64,000 nucleotides of DNA from contig JANPCG010000010.1 of assembly GCA_031430855.1 (NCBI GenBank), positions 35,714 through 99,713 on the forward strand. Direction: 5' to 3'. Below are positions 55,365 to 64,000 of this stretch, one piece after another. The position numbers and the translations under genes were made by a program. Within the stretch, counting starts at the first letter, position 1. Every line of letters starts with the position of its first letter. A model generated the notes under the pieces. It searched no databases and was not told where the DNA came from. It was given only the letters and a program-made list of their open reading frames with translations. Source of the stretch: Candidatus Kaiserbacteria bacterium (GTDB lineage: Bacteria > Patescibacteriota > Minisyncoccia > Phycocordibacterales > UBA918).

Positions 55365-55670
55365 ATGACAACCGCACAACACATCCTTTCCATCGCCGAA
55401 GCAGGGAATTGCATTGCTGATTCAATTGCCTATGACGACAATATTTTTACCCACCTTAATGTGCTAATGGGAATTGAAGATACCTTAGATCAAGGGAGGG
55501 TGTCGGCCGCCATACTTGATTCTGATAATTCATTAACGTCTGAAATCAACGCTAAAATGGATGCCTTACGAACTAAAATAAGTAACTTGATACACCAATG
55601 TGACAAAGAAGATTACAATCGCTTTCAAGAGGCTCGAAGCAGGCGACTACTTACCCAATTCAACTACTAG
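55365..55670 (+). CDS. Hypothetical small protein (101 aa).
   Basis: The ORF is on the strand of its neighbours in the GC-elevated islet. No motif. Low confidence. Confidence 0.4.
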   Translation: MTTAQHILSIAEAGNCIADSIAYDDNIFTHLNVLMGIEDTLDQGRVSAAILDSDNSLTSEINAKMDALRTKISNLIHQCDKEDYNRFQEARSRRLLTQFNY

Positions 55671-55957
55671 TAGTGCTGGTGGAAAAAAATATTCTCTTGT
55701 GCTACTCTTGATACAGAGCCGACGAGGTACTTAATACTAAACGTCACCCGCTCCTCACACAGGTTCAGCTGCGACTCGCCGCGGTGTCCCTCCCTTGTTT
55801 GGCTTTGTGCAAAGCTGGACCTGTGTGACCTACCCTCCAAGAGATTGATCTCCCGCCACATTCGCCTGTGGCATTTTATATACCTCAAACCAACCTATAC
55901 ACAGCACGTCATGAGATTCGACACTTGATATTCTTTGACCTGGTATGATGTATCCAT

Positions 55958-56479
55958 ATGGAAATATTGATTATTTTAATAGCAATTGTTCAAACGTTTG
56001 CTATCTCACTCGGAGTCGGAAGTTCAACCTTAGCAATTGTAAACTTCTTTGTCGCGATTGCTGATGGAAGGATTGATGAAACTGAACGGAGAATGATGGG
56101 GATTGCATACATTATTTTGCGCATTGCAATGTTAACCATCCTGATAACAAGTAGTATTATTTTAGGATATAACTCCCAACACCTCGGACTTGGAGCTTTT
56201 ACACTTTATGTTATTTCTCAGTTTGTATTAATTTTTGTACTGTACACAAATGCGCTTATGATGACCATGCGTATCATGCCAAGTACTTTTGGTCCCGCGA
56301 TTCAAGCTGGTACGTGGTATACCTTAGGTGTACTCGCAGCTCTCGTCCCGCTCGGATTAAATGAATTTACCTTTGTTAATTTTATACTCGCATACATCAC
56401 TACTCTTACCCTTGCGGTATCACTTATAAACGGTATTATGGCGTACTTAAAACATAAAAAGAAAACAGCTACTAAATAG
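55958..56479 (+). CDS. Hypothetical integral membrane protein (about 5 TM helices).
   Basis: Five hydrophobic helices (ILIILIAIVQTFAISLGVG; TLAIVNFFVAIADG; IAYIILRIAMLTILITSSIILG; FTLYVISQFVLIFVLYT; LGVLAALVPLGL...) and a basic C-terminus. Confidence 0.6.
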   Translation: MEILIILIAIVQTFAISLGVGSSTLAIVNFFVAIADGRIDETERRMMGIAYIILRIAMLTILITSSIILGYNSQHLGLGAFTLYVISQFVLIFVLYTNALMMTMRIMPSTFGPAIQAGTWYTLGVLAALVPLGLNEFTFVNFILAYITTLTLAVSLINGIMAYLKHKKKTATK

Positions 56480-56485
56480 TTTATC

Positions 56486-56520
56486 AAAAAAGCGAAGGCA
56501 TGTGCCTTCGCTTTTTTGTT
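56486..56520. terminator. Bidirectional rho-independent terminator between convergent genes.
   Basis: aaaaa-agcgaaggca-tg-tgccttcgct-tttttt, with an A-run on one side and a T-run on the other. Confidence 0.65.
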
Positions 56521-56538
56521 GCAACACAGTCAGTACTA

Positions 56539-59500
56539 CTAATCCAGTTTAGACCACGGTAAGTAACTATAGAAGTACTGACCCCAGGTTTGATCTTTAA
56601 ATTTACCCGCTGCTTTATCAAGCTTGTGCTTTTCATTTCGATAATACAAGGTTGGAACAAGTACCAACGTAAGAATCATTGCAAAGGTTAGACCATACAT
56701 GATTGCAAATGCGAGCGGGCTCCAGAAGTCAGAAATGCGTGAGAGTGGAATCATACCAATGACTGTTGTGATAGTAGTCAGCATAATTGGACGGAAACGA
56801 GATACTGAGGCGTCTGCCACTTGGTCAATTAATGACTCGTCTTCTCTTTGGGAACCTTTATGAGTAATCATTGAGTCCATCAAAATAATATTGTGGTTAA
56901 TAATAACACCTGCTAACGCGATTACTCCTAACAGGGAAGTAAACGAGAGCGCTAAACCAGTACCCGCAAGACCTACAAACACACCAATAAGAGAGTATGG
57001 GACAACGAGCAATAAGTACAGTGAGTAGCGAACGGAGTTAAATGAAAGAACCAAAATCGCAAGCATAAGTAGTAATCCTACGAGAAATGCAATTCCCATT
57101 TCAGAAAACGATTCGTTCACATTTTCAGCTTCTCCACCATAACTAATTACGACACCAGCTGGTGCATTTAATTCACTCACTCGAGCCTTGAATGCCGTTA
57201 CTACTTCGCTAGAGACAACCCCTTCGGCTGTAAACGCAGAAACGGTAACCTGGCGAATTTTATCTTCACGATTAATTGACGCGTTGGCTGGAGCCAGAGA
57301 TTCAGACATTACACTCGAGAGTGGTACACTGGCTCCTGTCACCGACTGAACGGAAAGATTTTGAAGAGTGTCGATGGTAATTTTTGGTGTTGCAGCAGCA
57401 TCGGCTGTAGTCTTATCGAGTCCGAGACGTACAACGACAGCAATATCTTCACCATCTTCATTAATGGTAGTCGCTTCGACACCGAATACTGCAGTTCGGA
57501 GAATTCCTCCGACCGCGGCCGGTGAGACACCAAGCGCGCTCGCCTTGGCCTTGTCTACCGTGAGAACAAACTCTGTTGCGTTACTCTTACTACTGGCTTC
57601 AACGTCACGGGCACCCGGAATGTCCTGGAGCAACTTCTCAGCAGCATCAGAAGTAACCAACAGATCAGAGAGACTATCACCACTGAGTTTAATAAACACT
57701 GGCGCTCCAGTCGGTGGACCATTTTGTTGTTCAGTAATTGAAATAGTACCACCATTGATAGCTCCAAAATCTTTACGTAATTTTGCCGCGAGATCAATAC
57801 TTGATTCTGTCCGGTCAGATTTAAGTTCAACCGTAATATTGGCGAACTTACCACCAGCATCAGTACTCCCGGTGAAGGCAGATCCAGAACCAGCCGTCGT
57901 TGTAAATGACTCAATGTAATCTTTTTCGTACAACACTTCTTCAACCGCCCGAACCACCAGGTCAGTTTGCGCTACTGGCGTACCTTGTGGGGTTTCAATT
58001 TCTACATAAATCGAATCAGCGTCTTCCGGTGGGAAGAAGATAACTTTAAGCAATCCCGTAACAGGCAATAACAGGGCAATAAATAGACTGAGAAACAGAC
58101 TCCACAACAAAATTCTTTGCTTGATTTTACTTTGAAGAAAATTAACGAGTTTAGTTCGATACCAAAATTGTGCTTTGGTATTATATTCTTCTTGCTTTTC
58201 TTCAAAACGGTTAGAATGTGCGTTACTCGTGAGATATATTGCAAGTAATGGTACGAGACCAAGCGCCACAAAAATGGACGCAAAGAGCACAAAGATAATG
58301 GTAAACGGAATTGATGAAATGAATTCACCAGTAACTCCCGAGAGAAAGAAGAGTGGGGCAAACACCGCAATCGTGGTCATGGTCCCCGCAATTAATGGCC
58401 AGGCGTATTCTTTAATCGAGCGCTCAGCCGCCTCAACTGCATTTCCCCCTTTTCGCAAACGGGTATGAATTGCTTCTGTTACTACAATCCCTGAGTCTAC
58501 CAGAATACCCACTGATAGTATTAATGCAAAAAGGGAAATGAAGTTAATAGTATTCCCTGAAGCGTAAAGACCGATAAAGGCAATCACAAACGAGAGGGGA
58601 ATGGAAAGCGCAGCCACGAGAGACTCACGCCACCCAATTGTAAGAAGTAAGACTAATACAACGAGCGCTACCGTTTCAAGACCAGCTTTAATCAGTTCTG
58701 AAAGATCCTTTCGTACTTGTTCACCCTGGTCAAACACGACCAATACTTGCGAGTCTGAAAGAAGTGCTTCTGGCTTCTGCAATTCATCTAATCGAGCCAG
58801 TACTTTATCGGTAACATCAGTAACGTCACCACCAGCCTTCTTAAAAACAGTGACGGTCATTGAAGTTTCAGACGGAGAGCCAGAAACTGACACTCGCGAA
58901 ATTGACGTTTCTTTATTAACGCTATCACTTACCGTTGCCACATCGCGAACATACACCGTTTGACCTGAAGCTGACTTAATAGGGACGCTCATCACATCTT
59001 CAACAGTTTCGATTTTTCCTTCAAATCGCACCGCATATTCTATTCCCGCTGTTGAAACGGTACCAACAGGCACTGTAAGATTGGCCTGACGCAAGGCGTT
59101 GGTTACATCAGCAATCCCAATCCCGAACGCACTCAAAGCTTCTTCTTTTACAATCACTTGAATCTGTCGTTCACGCGTACCTGAAATTACTACCTCGGAC
59201 ACCCCTGCCACGCCCGTAAATTCATCTTTAAGTTTCTCACCGAGCGCCGTAAACGCAGACGGGGAGAGATCAGACGAGATGGCAATAATATTTATTGGCT
59301 GATTGGAGAAATCTACCTCCGTCACAATCGGATCGTTCGCGTCAGCCGGAAGTTCGTTTTTTGCGCCATCAACCGCATCACGCAATTTTTGAATTGATTT
59401 ATCAATATCAGCGCTCGCGGTAAATTCAACTGAGATAAATGACACATCATCTCGTGAGACAGATGTTAGATTTTCGATATCATCAAGATTTGATACCGCA

Positions 59501-59709
59501 TCTTCAAGTTTTACCGTAATCAACTCTTCAATATCAGCGGCCGAGGCACCTGGATAGACCGTCTGAATGTTACCAACCGGAACAATAACTTCAGGGAATG
59601 ATTCTTTAGGAATCACCAACACTGCGTAAATACCGAGACCTACCAGAGTCAACATCAACAAAATACTAAATTCTCGCTTATGGAGAAAAAATAACCAGAG
59701 ACTATGCAT
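56539..59709 (-). CDS. RND-superfamily efflux transporter (AcrB/HAE-type inner-membrane pump, 1056 aa).
   Basis: It has the 12-TM topology with two large periplasmic loops. The size and the conserved TM4 region (LSIPLSFVIAFIGLYASG...SLFALILSVGILVDSGIVVTEAI) fit, and an adaptor gene is adjacent. Confidence 0.85.
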   Translation of the reverse strand: MHSLWLFFLHKREFSILLMLTLVGLGIYAVLVIPKESFPEVIVPVGNIQTVYPGASAADIEELITVKLEDAVSNLDDIENLTSVSRDDVSFISVEFTASADIDKSIQKLRDAVDGAKNELPADANDPIVTEVDFSNQPINIIAISSDLSPSAFTALGEKLKDEFTGVAGVSEVVISGTRERQIQVIVKEEALSAFGIGIADVTNALRQANLTVPVGTVSTAGIEYAVRFEGKIETVEDVMSVPIKSASGQTVYVRDVATVSDSVNKETSISRVSVSGSPSETSMTVTVFKKAGGDVTDVTDKVLARLDELQKPEALLSDSQVLVVFDQGEQVRKDLSELIKAGLETVALVVLVLLLTIGWRESLVAALSIPLSFVIAFIGLYASGNTINFISLFALILSVGILVDSGIVVTEAIHTRLRKGGNAVEAAERSIKEYAWPLIAGTMTTIAVFAPLFFLSGVTGEFISSIPFTIIFVLFASIFVALGLVPLLAIYLTSNAHSNRFEEKQEEYNTKAQFWYRTKLVNFLQSKIKQRILLWSLFLSLFIALLLPVTGLLKVIFFPPEDADSIYVEIETPQGTPVAQTDLVVRAVEEVLYEKDYIESFTTTAGSGSAFTGSTDAGGKFANITVELKSDRTESSIDLAAKLRKDFGAINGGTISITEQQNGPPTGAPVFIKLSGDSLSDLLVTSDAAEKLLQDIPGARDVEASSKSNATEFVLTVDKAKASALGVSPAAVGGILRTAVFGVEATTINEDGEDIAVVVRLGLDKTTADAAATPKITIDTLQNLSVQSVTGASVPLSSVMSESLAPANASINREDKIRQVTVSAFTAEGVVSSEVVTAFKARVSELNAPAGVVISYGGEAENVNESFSEMGIAFLVGLLLMLAILVLSFNSVRYSLYLLLVVPYSLIGVFVGLAGTGLALSFTSLLGVIALAGVIINHNIILMDSMITHKGSQREDESLIDQVADASVSRFRPIMLTTITTVIGMIPLSRISDFWSPLAFAIMYGLTFAMILTLVLVPTLYYRNEKHKLDKAAGKFKDQTWGQYFYSYLPWSKLD

Positions 59710-59710
59710 A

Positions 59711-61282
59711 TTATTTTGTTGCTAGAGTTACGACCGTCCCTTCTTTAAGACCACGCGCGTCGACTACGACGATAGTTTCGAGCGTAACGCCACTTTCTAC
59801 CGTAACAAATTCGCCATTAATTGCTCCAAGCACAACAGGAACGCCAACTAACTTTGTTTCGTTACCAACAGTGAACACCACCGGGCCAGTACCCGTCATT
59901 TTAATTGCTGAGAGAGGAATAACGATATCAGTCATTTCGGTCACCGTCTGCGTTGCAAAATCAATCGAAACCGTTGAACCATTTTGAAGATTCGTCGATT
60001 CAATGGCACTAATTTTAAGAGCTACTTTACCGGTTGTTGGGTCAATTGCTCCCGCAATGGTAGCAATGGTACCAGTAGCTGTACCATCTATTGTCACCAT
60101 GTCACCAACTTTGATTCGAACACTTTCTTCTTGACTGACTGAGGTACTAATTTCGAGCCCGTTGTTTTTATTTGCCACAATTGCCGCGGGAGCACCAGGG
60201 TTCGCATATTCACCCGTTTTGAGATAAAGGGCATTCACTACACCAGCAATTGGCGTACGAACGAGCGTTCGTTCATAATTGGCCTGGGCAGCACGGAGTG
60301 AACCGAGAGCAATCTTTACCTGCGCGTCTGCACTTGAAACAGTAGGACCAGATCCAGCAATTTGGGCGCGATTCGCATTTTCTTTTGCGGCATTCAATCC
60401 CGTTCGAGCACCGTCAATAGAGGCCAGGATTCCAACTAACTGTCCCCGGGTAACATTAAGTGATGCCGCGATGGCTCGAAACTCTTCTTCACTCAACAAA
60501 GAGTTACCTTTTTCATTTTGTGCATTCGTAATAAACATATCTGTCATCTCAAGCACTAACTTTGTGGTCTTCTCGGCTTCATTGAGTGCTCCAGTAAGAT
60601 CACCGGAAGCAGTAAGGGACGTAGATTTAGTTTGCCATGCAGGTAATGAATTTTGGAGTGAAATCCGACTTGAATTAAGAGCACTTGAATTACTACCACC
60701 GAGACGTACGCCTGGAATCTGACCATTAGGATTAGCAAAGTATTTATCTAATGTACCGAAGACCACACCGGACACAGAGGTGTAGGCATTTTTATAGGTA
60801 GTGACCGCTCCATTTTCCGCAGCGGTAATCGCATTCTTCGCTTCATTAATTCCCACACCACCCTGCGCTGCACCAGCGAGAGCAGCTTCATAGGCACCTT
60901 GGGCTTGGAGTAGTGACGCACTTTCAGCCGCACTTTCCATTCGTGCGAGAATTGTACCCGCTGCAACCGCATCACCGAGCGAGACCGTCACTGCGGTAAT
61001 CCGTCCTCCAGCTTCAGTTTGGAGGCGCGCTTCTGAAACGGCAGAGACTGAACCGACGGCCGTAAAACTACTACCGGAAACCATACTACGCACCGAAGCA
61101 ACTTTCACACTTGGAGTTGGTGTTTCAACGACCATCTCTTCTGCAGCGCCGCCACGAAAGAAGGCGACATAGATAATAACGATAGCTAAAACTGCATATA
61201 CTACCTTCACGGCTGTACGTCGGAACTTCAGAGTACTGACATCAACTACCAATCCGCGCAAATACTGAATCGCTGTATTCAT
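59711..61282 (-). CDS. RND/efflux periplasmic adaptor subunit (membrane fusion protein, HlyD-like).
   Basis: The N-terminal TM is AVKVVYAVLAIVIIYVAFF. Long coiled-coil segments (AQGAYEAALAGAAQG...; NAAKENANRAQIAG) are followed by beta-barrel/lipoyl-like regions. The stop is 1 nt before the pump start, indicating an operon. Confidence 0.8.
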   Translation of the reverse strand: MNTAIQYLRGLVVDVSTLKFRRTAVKVVYAVLAIVIIYVAFFRGGAAEEMVVETPTPSVKVASVRSMVSGSSFTAVGSVSAVSEARLQTEAGGRITAVTVSLGDAVAAGTILARMESAAESASLLQAQGAYEAALAGAAQGGVGINEAKNAITAAENGAVTTYKNAYTSVSGVVFGTLDKYFANPNGQIPGVRLGGSNSSALNSSRISLQNSLPAWQTKSTSLTASGDLTGALNEAEKTTKLVLEMTDMFITNAQNEKGNSLLSEEEFRAIAASLNVTRGQLVGILASIDGARTGLNAAKENANRAQIAGSGPTVSSADAQVKIALGSLRAAQANYERTLVRTPIAGVVNALYLKTGEYANPGAPAAIVANKNNGLEISTSVSQEESVRIKVGDMVTIDGTATGTIATIAGAIDPTTGKVALKISAIESTNLQNGSTVSIDFATQTVTEMTDIVIPLSAIKMTGTGPVVFTVGNETKLVGVPVVLGAINGEFVTVESGVTLETIVVVDARGLKEGTVVTLATK

Positions 61283-61396
61283 ATAATAGGTTAATTTAAA
61301 ATGCTTACTATGTTAAGTAGTTATATAGTAACACTAATATTGATGAATGTCGATACCTCACGATCATGAGCACCACACCTATCGCTATGATAGAAT

Positions 61397-61720
61397 ATGC
61401 CTCATATGTTAGGAAAAATAAAGAATTACGCAATAAAAAAAGTAGTACAGTCACAAATGAAGAACGTTCCCGCTGACCAGCAGGAAATGATCATGAGTAT
61501 GCTCGAAAAGGATCCGGCCATGTTCGAAAAGATTGCCAAGGAGATGCAAGCAGAACTCAAAGCCAATGGCAACAACCAAATGGCAGCCGCCATGAAGGTA
61601 TTGCCGAAATATCAAAAAGAAATTATGTCCGCCATGACTCCTGAGATGAAAGAAAAAATGATTAAGATGCAGATGGGGACTCAAGGGCAGTTTAATCCGA
61701 ATGGTTCAATTCGACGTTAA
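61397..61720 (+). CDS. Hypothetical Met/Lys/Glu-rich small protein (107 aa).
   Basis: The ORF is followed by two hairpins (cgttaattc-gaa-gaattaacg; acttgcc-agt-ggcaagt plus ttttg). The composition is low-complexity. Confidence 0.45.
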   Translation: MPHMLGKIKNYAIKKVVQSQMKNVPADQQEMIMSMLEKDPAMFEKIAKEMQAELKANGNNQMAAAMKVLPKYQKEIMSAMTPEMKEKMIKMQMGTQGQFNPNGSIRR

Positions 61721-61947
61721 TTCGAAGAATTAACGAAAAACTTGCCAGTGGCAAGTTTTGTTCGAATTGAAAGACGGAACAAGCACAGCGGGGTGAGTCA
61801 GGGTCGTGAGCGATATATAAATAATGAGTTTACGAATATATTTATAATCGACTCCTGACGTATTTAGAGATAGAACAATGCACACACGCGCAGTAATCAA
61901 CAGCGGGTGACCTTCGGTCGCCCGCTTGTCGTATATACTCTTACTAT

Positions 61948-62526
61948 ATGTCAAAGAAAATTGTTGTCTTGTGTGGACACCCTGACAAGGATTCATACAC
62001 AGGCTTCGTCGCCGATCATTATCAAGCCGGAGCACAGGATGCCGGACACGAAGTCATGCGTGTTAATATCGGAGAAATGAATTTTGACCCGATTCTCCAC
62101 AAAGGCTACAAAGAAATCCAACACCTCGAACCAGACCTCATCGACCTCCAGAATAAATTCCGCGAGGCTGATCATATCGTGATTGTGTACCCAAACTGGT
62201 GGTGCACGATGCCTGCTATTCTCAAAGGACTGTTTGATCGTTTCTGGCTCCCTGGTTTTGCTTTTAATTTTAATAAAGAAACTAAAAAGATTGAAAAACA
62301 CCTGAAAGGGAAGACGGCCCGCGTGATTATCCTCTCTGGATCACACTCACCATTTAAAACATGGTGGAACTTCGGTGACTTTACCAATGAAATTCAATAC
62401 GGAATCCTTGAATTTGCAGGAATTCGTACTGCCGTCTCAGCCTATGGTCCCTGCGAGAAGGTAGACGGCATCTGCCGCGAAAAATGGCTCCGTGAAGTCG
62501 AACGGATGGGAGCAAAGGGAATCTAA
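61948..62526 (+). CDS. NAD(P)H-dependent oxidoreductase, flavodoxin-like fold (quinone reductase/general stress protein 14 family).
   Basis: The N-terminus KIVVLCGHPDKDSYTGFVADHY and the block HIVIVYPNWWCTMPAILKGLFDRFWLPGFAF fit this family. Confidence 0.75.
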   Translation: MSKKIVVLCGHPDKDSYTGFVADHYQAGAQDAGHEVMRVNIGEMNFDPILHKGYKEIQHLEPDLIDLQNKFREADHIVIVYPNWWCTMPAILKGLFDRFWLPGFAFNFNKETKKIEKHLKGKTARVIILSGSHSPFKTWWNFGDFTNEIQYGILEFAGIRTAVSAYGPCEKVDGICREKWLREVERMGAKGI

Positions 62527-62546
62527 GTACCAACCTATATTTTAAG

Positions 62547-62586
62547 CATAAAAGTCAACCTAATGTTGACTTTTATGTTTTTTTGT
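62547..62586 (+). terminator. Rho-independent terminator.
   Basis: cataaaagtcaac-ctaat-gttgacttttatg (13 bp, perfect) followed by tttttttt. Confidence 0.7.
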
Positions 62587-62633
62587 GATATTGTACTTGG
62601 CAGTGAAATAACGTCCTTCGAAAGGGGAGTATC

Positions 62634-62987
62634 ATGAAATTGTTGATTGGAGGCGCACTCATTGGTATTGCGCTTCTCTCTGGGTGCGTTGAACCCAGTA
62701 CAACCACTCGTCCAGCACCAATGGTGTCGAGTGAGACCGTTCTCACGTGTCCCACTGGAGCTGACTGTCGCGCCGGCGGACAATCAGGCGTCCGGGTGAC
62801 AGTCGACGAATACGGTTACGTCCGTGGCCAGGCCGTCATCGAACAGTGGTCGCAGTGGGGCGACGAACGCCCCCCGATCAAGTTCGAACCCATCCGTCAG
62901 CCGAAACGGTACTACAATGGGCGTCAGCATGACGCCAACAAGTGCTACTGGTACAAGAAACAAAACGGAGAAAAAGCATGCCTCTGA
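62634..62987 (+). CDS. Small lipoprotein (high-GC islet).
   Basis: The signal plus lipobox is LLIGGALIGIALLSGC. GC is ~58-60%. The stop overlaps the start of the next gene. Confidence 0.55.
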   Translation: MKLLIGGALIGIALLSGCVEPSTTTRPAPMVSSETVLTCPTGADCRAGGQSGVRVTVDEYGYVRGQAVIEQWSQWGDERPPIKFEPIRQPKRYYNGRQHDANKCYWYKKQNGEKACL

Positions 62988-63241
62988 AATCGCTCATCCT
63001 GCTTTTTGCCCTCATACTGTCGGCCTGCGGCGGAGACATTCCCGAGGGTGGCACCACATACGGTCACTTCTCGAGTGACATCCCGGGTCTGACAGCAGCC
63101 TACGCCGCCACCGCCGCGGCCAAGCTAGAACGCTCCTGTGCAGCCGGAAGCACGGGCGGCGCCGCAGCTGTGCGCGTCACCGCGCAGACGACCGAACTTG
63201 GTCTCACCAACAGTCGCATCACGCATGTGCGCACCTGCTGA
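62978..63241 (+). CDS. Small lipoprotein (high-GC islet), translationally coupled to the preceding gene.
   Basis: ATG 62978 lies within gcATGCCTCTGA, overlapping the upstream TGA stop. The lipobox is LILLFALILSACGG. The protein is Ala/Gly/Thr-rich with high GC. Confidence 0.5.
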   Translation: MPLKSLILLFALILSACGGDIPEGGTTYGHFSSDIPGLTAAYAATAAAKLERSCAAGSTGGAAAVRVTAQTTELGLTNSRITHVRTC

Positions 63242-63265
63242 ACGAGAGACCTGCAAAACATTGAA

Positions 63266-63297
63266 GGCGGCAGACATCCCCGTTTGCCGCCTTTTCC
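63266..63297 (+). terminator. Rho-independent terminator.
   Basis: ggcggca-gacatccccgtt-tgccgcc followed by ttttcc. Confidence 0.6.
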
Positions 63298-63360
63298 TAT
63301 GCCTGGATTTAAAATTCCTGTAATCACATTCACTCCAGCCCGGTATGGTAAGCTATAGCT

Positions 63361-63756
63361 ATGAATGAATCTTCCTGGTACCAAGAATTGATCCGTCCGA
63401 CGTGGGCACCTCCAGCCTGGCTGTTTGGCCCCGTCTGGAGTGTCCTCTATGTCATAATTGCCATTTCTTTTGGCTACGTTTTCTATAAAACCTATCAAAG
63501 CGTCATCCCGCTGATGGTTGCCGTACCATTTGCCCTCAATCTCTTTTTTAATATCATTTTCACCCCCATCCAGTTTGGACTTAAAAGTAACGGACTCGCC
63601 GCGCTTGATATCCTTCTCGTGCTTGTAACCCTAGTTTGGGCTATGTACGCCATCTATCCCTATGCTAAATGGGTCGCGCTCGTGAATATCCCGTACCTCG
63701 CTTGGGTATGTTTTGCCACCGTCCTTCAACTCACTATTACCTACCTTAACTGGTAG
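63361..63756 (+). CDS. tspO: TspO/MBR family (tryptophan-rich sensory protein).
   Basis: WYQELIRPTWAPPAWLFGPVWSVLYVIIAISFGYVF is the hallmark N-terminal TspO motif. The later block is LALNLFFNIIFTPIQFGL, and the protein is Trp-rich throughout. Confidence 0.8.
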   Translation: MNESSWYQELIRPTWAPPAWLFGPVWSVLYVIIAISFGYVFYKTYQSVIPLMVAVPFALNLFFNIIFTPIQFGLKSNGLAALDILLVLVTLVWAMYAIYPYAKWVALVNIPYLAWVCFATVLQLTITYLNW

Positions 63757-63816
63757 TCTATCTACCAACGTACCGTGGTAGCCCTCCGATAGTTTCTCTG
63801 TTAGAGTAACCAATAT

Positions 63817-64000
63817 ATGCAACCAGTTTCATTTGGAAGGGAAGTAGCGAGCGTATTGTTACGAGTAACCGCCGTCGTACTTACTATTGTCTTACTTATT
63901 GTCAGTTTAGCGTTTTTAAGTATCGGTAGTTTCAGTTCGATTAGCGATGGGGAATGTACCATTGCCGTGATGCCCATTGAAGGCACCATTATGCCATTTG
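63817..64000 (+). CDS. 3'-truncated gene, possibly a signal peptide peptidase SppA (S49)-like N-terminus.
   Basis: The ORF MQPVSFGREVASVLLRVTAVVLTIVLLIVSLAFLSIGSFSSISDGECTIAVMPIEGTIMPF runs off the window (it is absent from the ORF track, which appears to list only stop-terminated ORFs). A TM anchor followed by IAVMPIEGTI resembles the SppA motif iAvi.i.G.I. Confidence 0.4.
   Translation, partial: MQPVSFGREVASVLLRVTAVVLTIVLLIVSLAFLSIGSFSSISDGECTIAVMPIEGTIMPF

Noticed and set aside
57368-58963. + strand ORFs 57368-57919, 58175-58468 and 58601-58963 inside the RND pump gene.
   Set aside because: They are antisense to the 1056-aa transporter frame, which has a clear 12-TM architecture.
61283-61396. 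Possible operator palindrome in the divergent region upstream of the RND adaptor gene.
   Set aside because: The candidate (gcttactatgttaagtagt) is not a true inverted repeat on checking, and no TetR-type regulator gene is nearby.
1-64000. Whole-window search for CRISPR arrays, rRNA and integrase, recombinase or toxin-antitoxin genes.
   Set aside because: None found. There are no regularly spaced direct repeats and no 16S/23S-like conserved stretches. The only recombinase-like gene is the IS200/RAYT-like Y1 transposase.

Overview
This 64 kb window is almost entirely coding, with most genes on the + strand. The GC content is roughly 40-50%. The genes encoded (UvrA/B/C, Ddl, Tgt, FtsX-type ABC transporter, RND pump, tRNAs without encoded CCA) indicate a bacterium. 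The giant Thr/Ser/Gly-rich surface proteins and the cohesin and dockerin modules are most consistent with a small-genome, CPR/Patescibacteria-like organism, but that assignment is inference. Positions 1-33.2 kb form a cell-surface island. It holds a 5'-truncated giant protein (>2578 aa) built from three ~795-aa super-repeats plus a DUF2341-like/jelly-roll C-terminal region, and an Fn3-repeat protein. It also holds a MacB/FtsX-type ABC transporter and a second giant protein (~2055 aa) with a BNR-like N-terminus and tandemly duplicated modules. Several membrane-anchored proteins carry cohesin-like modules, two carry dockerin-like modules, and three are paralogous signal-peptide/beta-sandwich/C-terminal-TM proteins, each directly downstream of a large surface protein. 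I interpret this island as a non-cellulosomal cohesin-dockerin surface assembly/adhesion system; this is the most interesting candidate system. Positions 33-64 kb are housekeeping. They encode a Cys-less TlpA-like protein, an AI-2E transporter, CapA, FKBP, tgt, an IS200/RAYT-like Y1 transposase flanked by REP-like palindromes, and uvrB. A response regulator, a large extracytoplasmic Ig-repeat protein and a histidine kinase follow, then uvrA, a short uvrC, ddl and two tRNA-Ala genes with near-consensus sigma70 promoters. The window ends with a CxxC-x17-CxxC zinc-ribbon protein, a minus-strand RND pump with its adaptor, an NAD(P)H oxidoreductase, a high-GC islet with two coupled lipoproteins, TspO and a partial SppA-like gene. 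Other oddities are ghost copies of gene 3' ends just downstream of two surface-protein genes, tRNA 3'-end repeats downstream of tRNA-Ala(TGC), and GC-shifted islets near the tRNAs. No CRISPR array or rRNA was seen.
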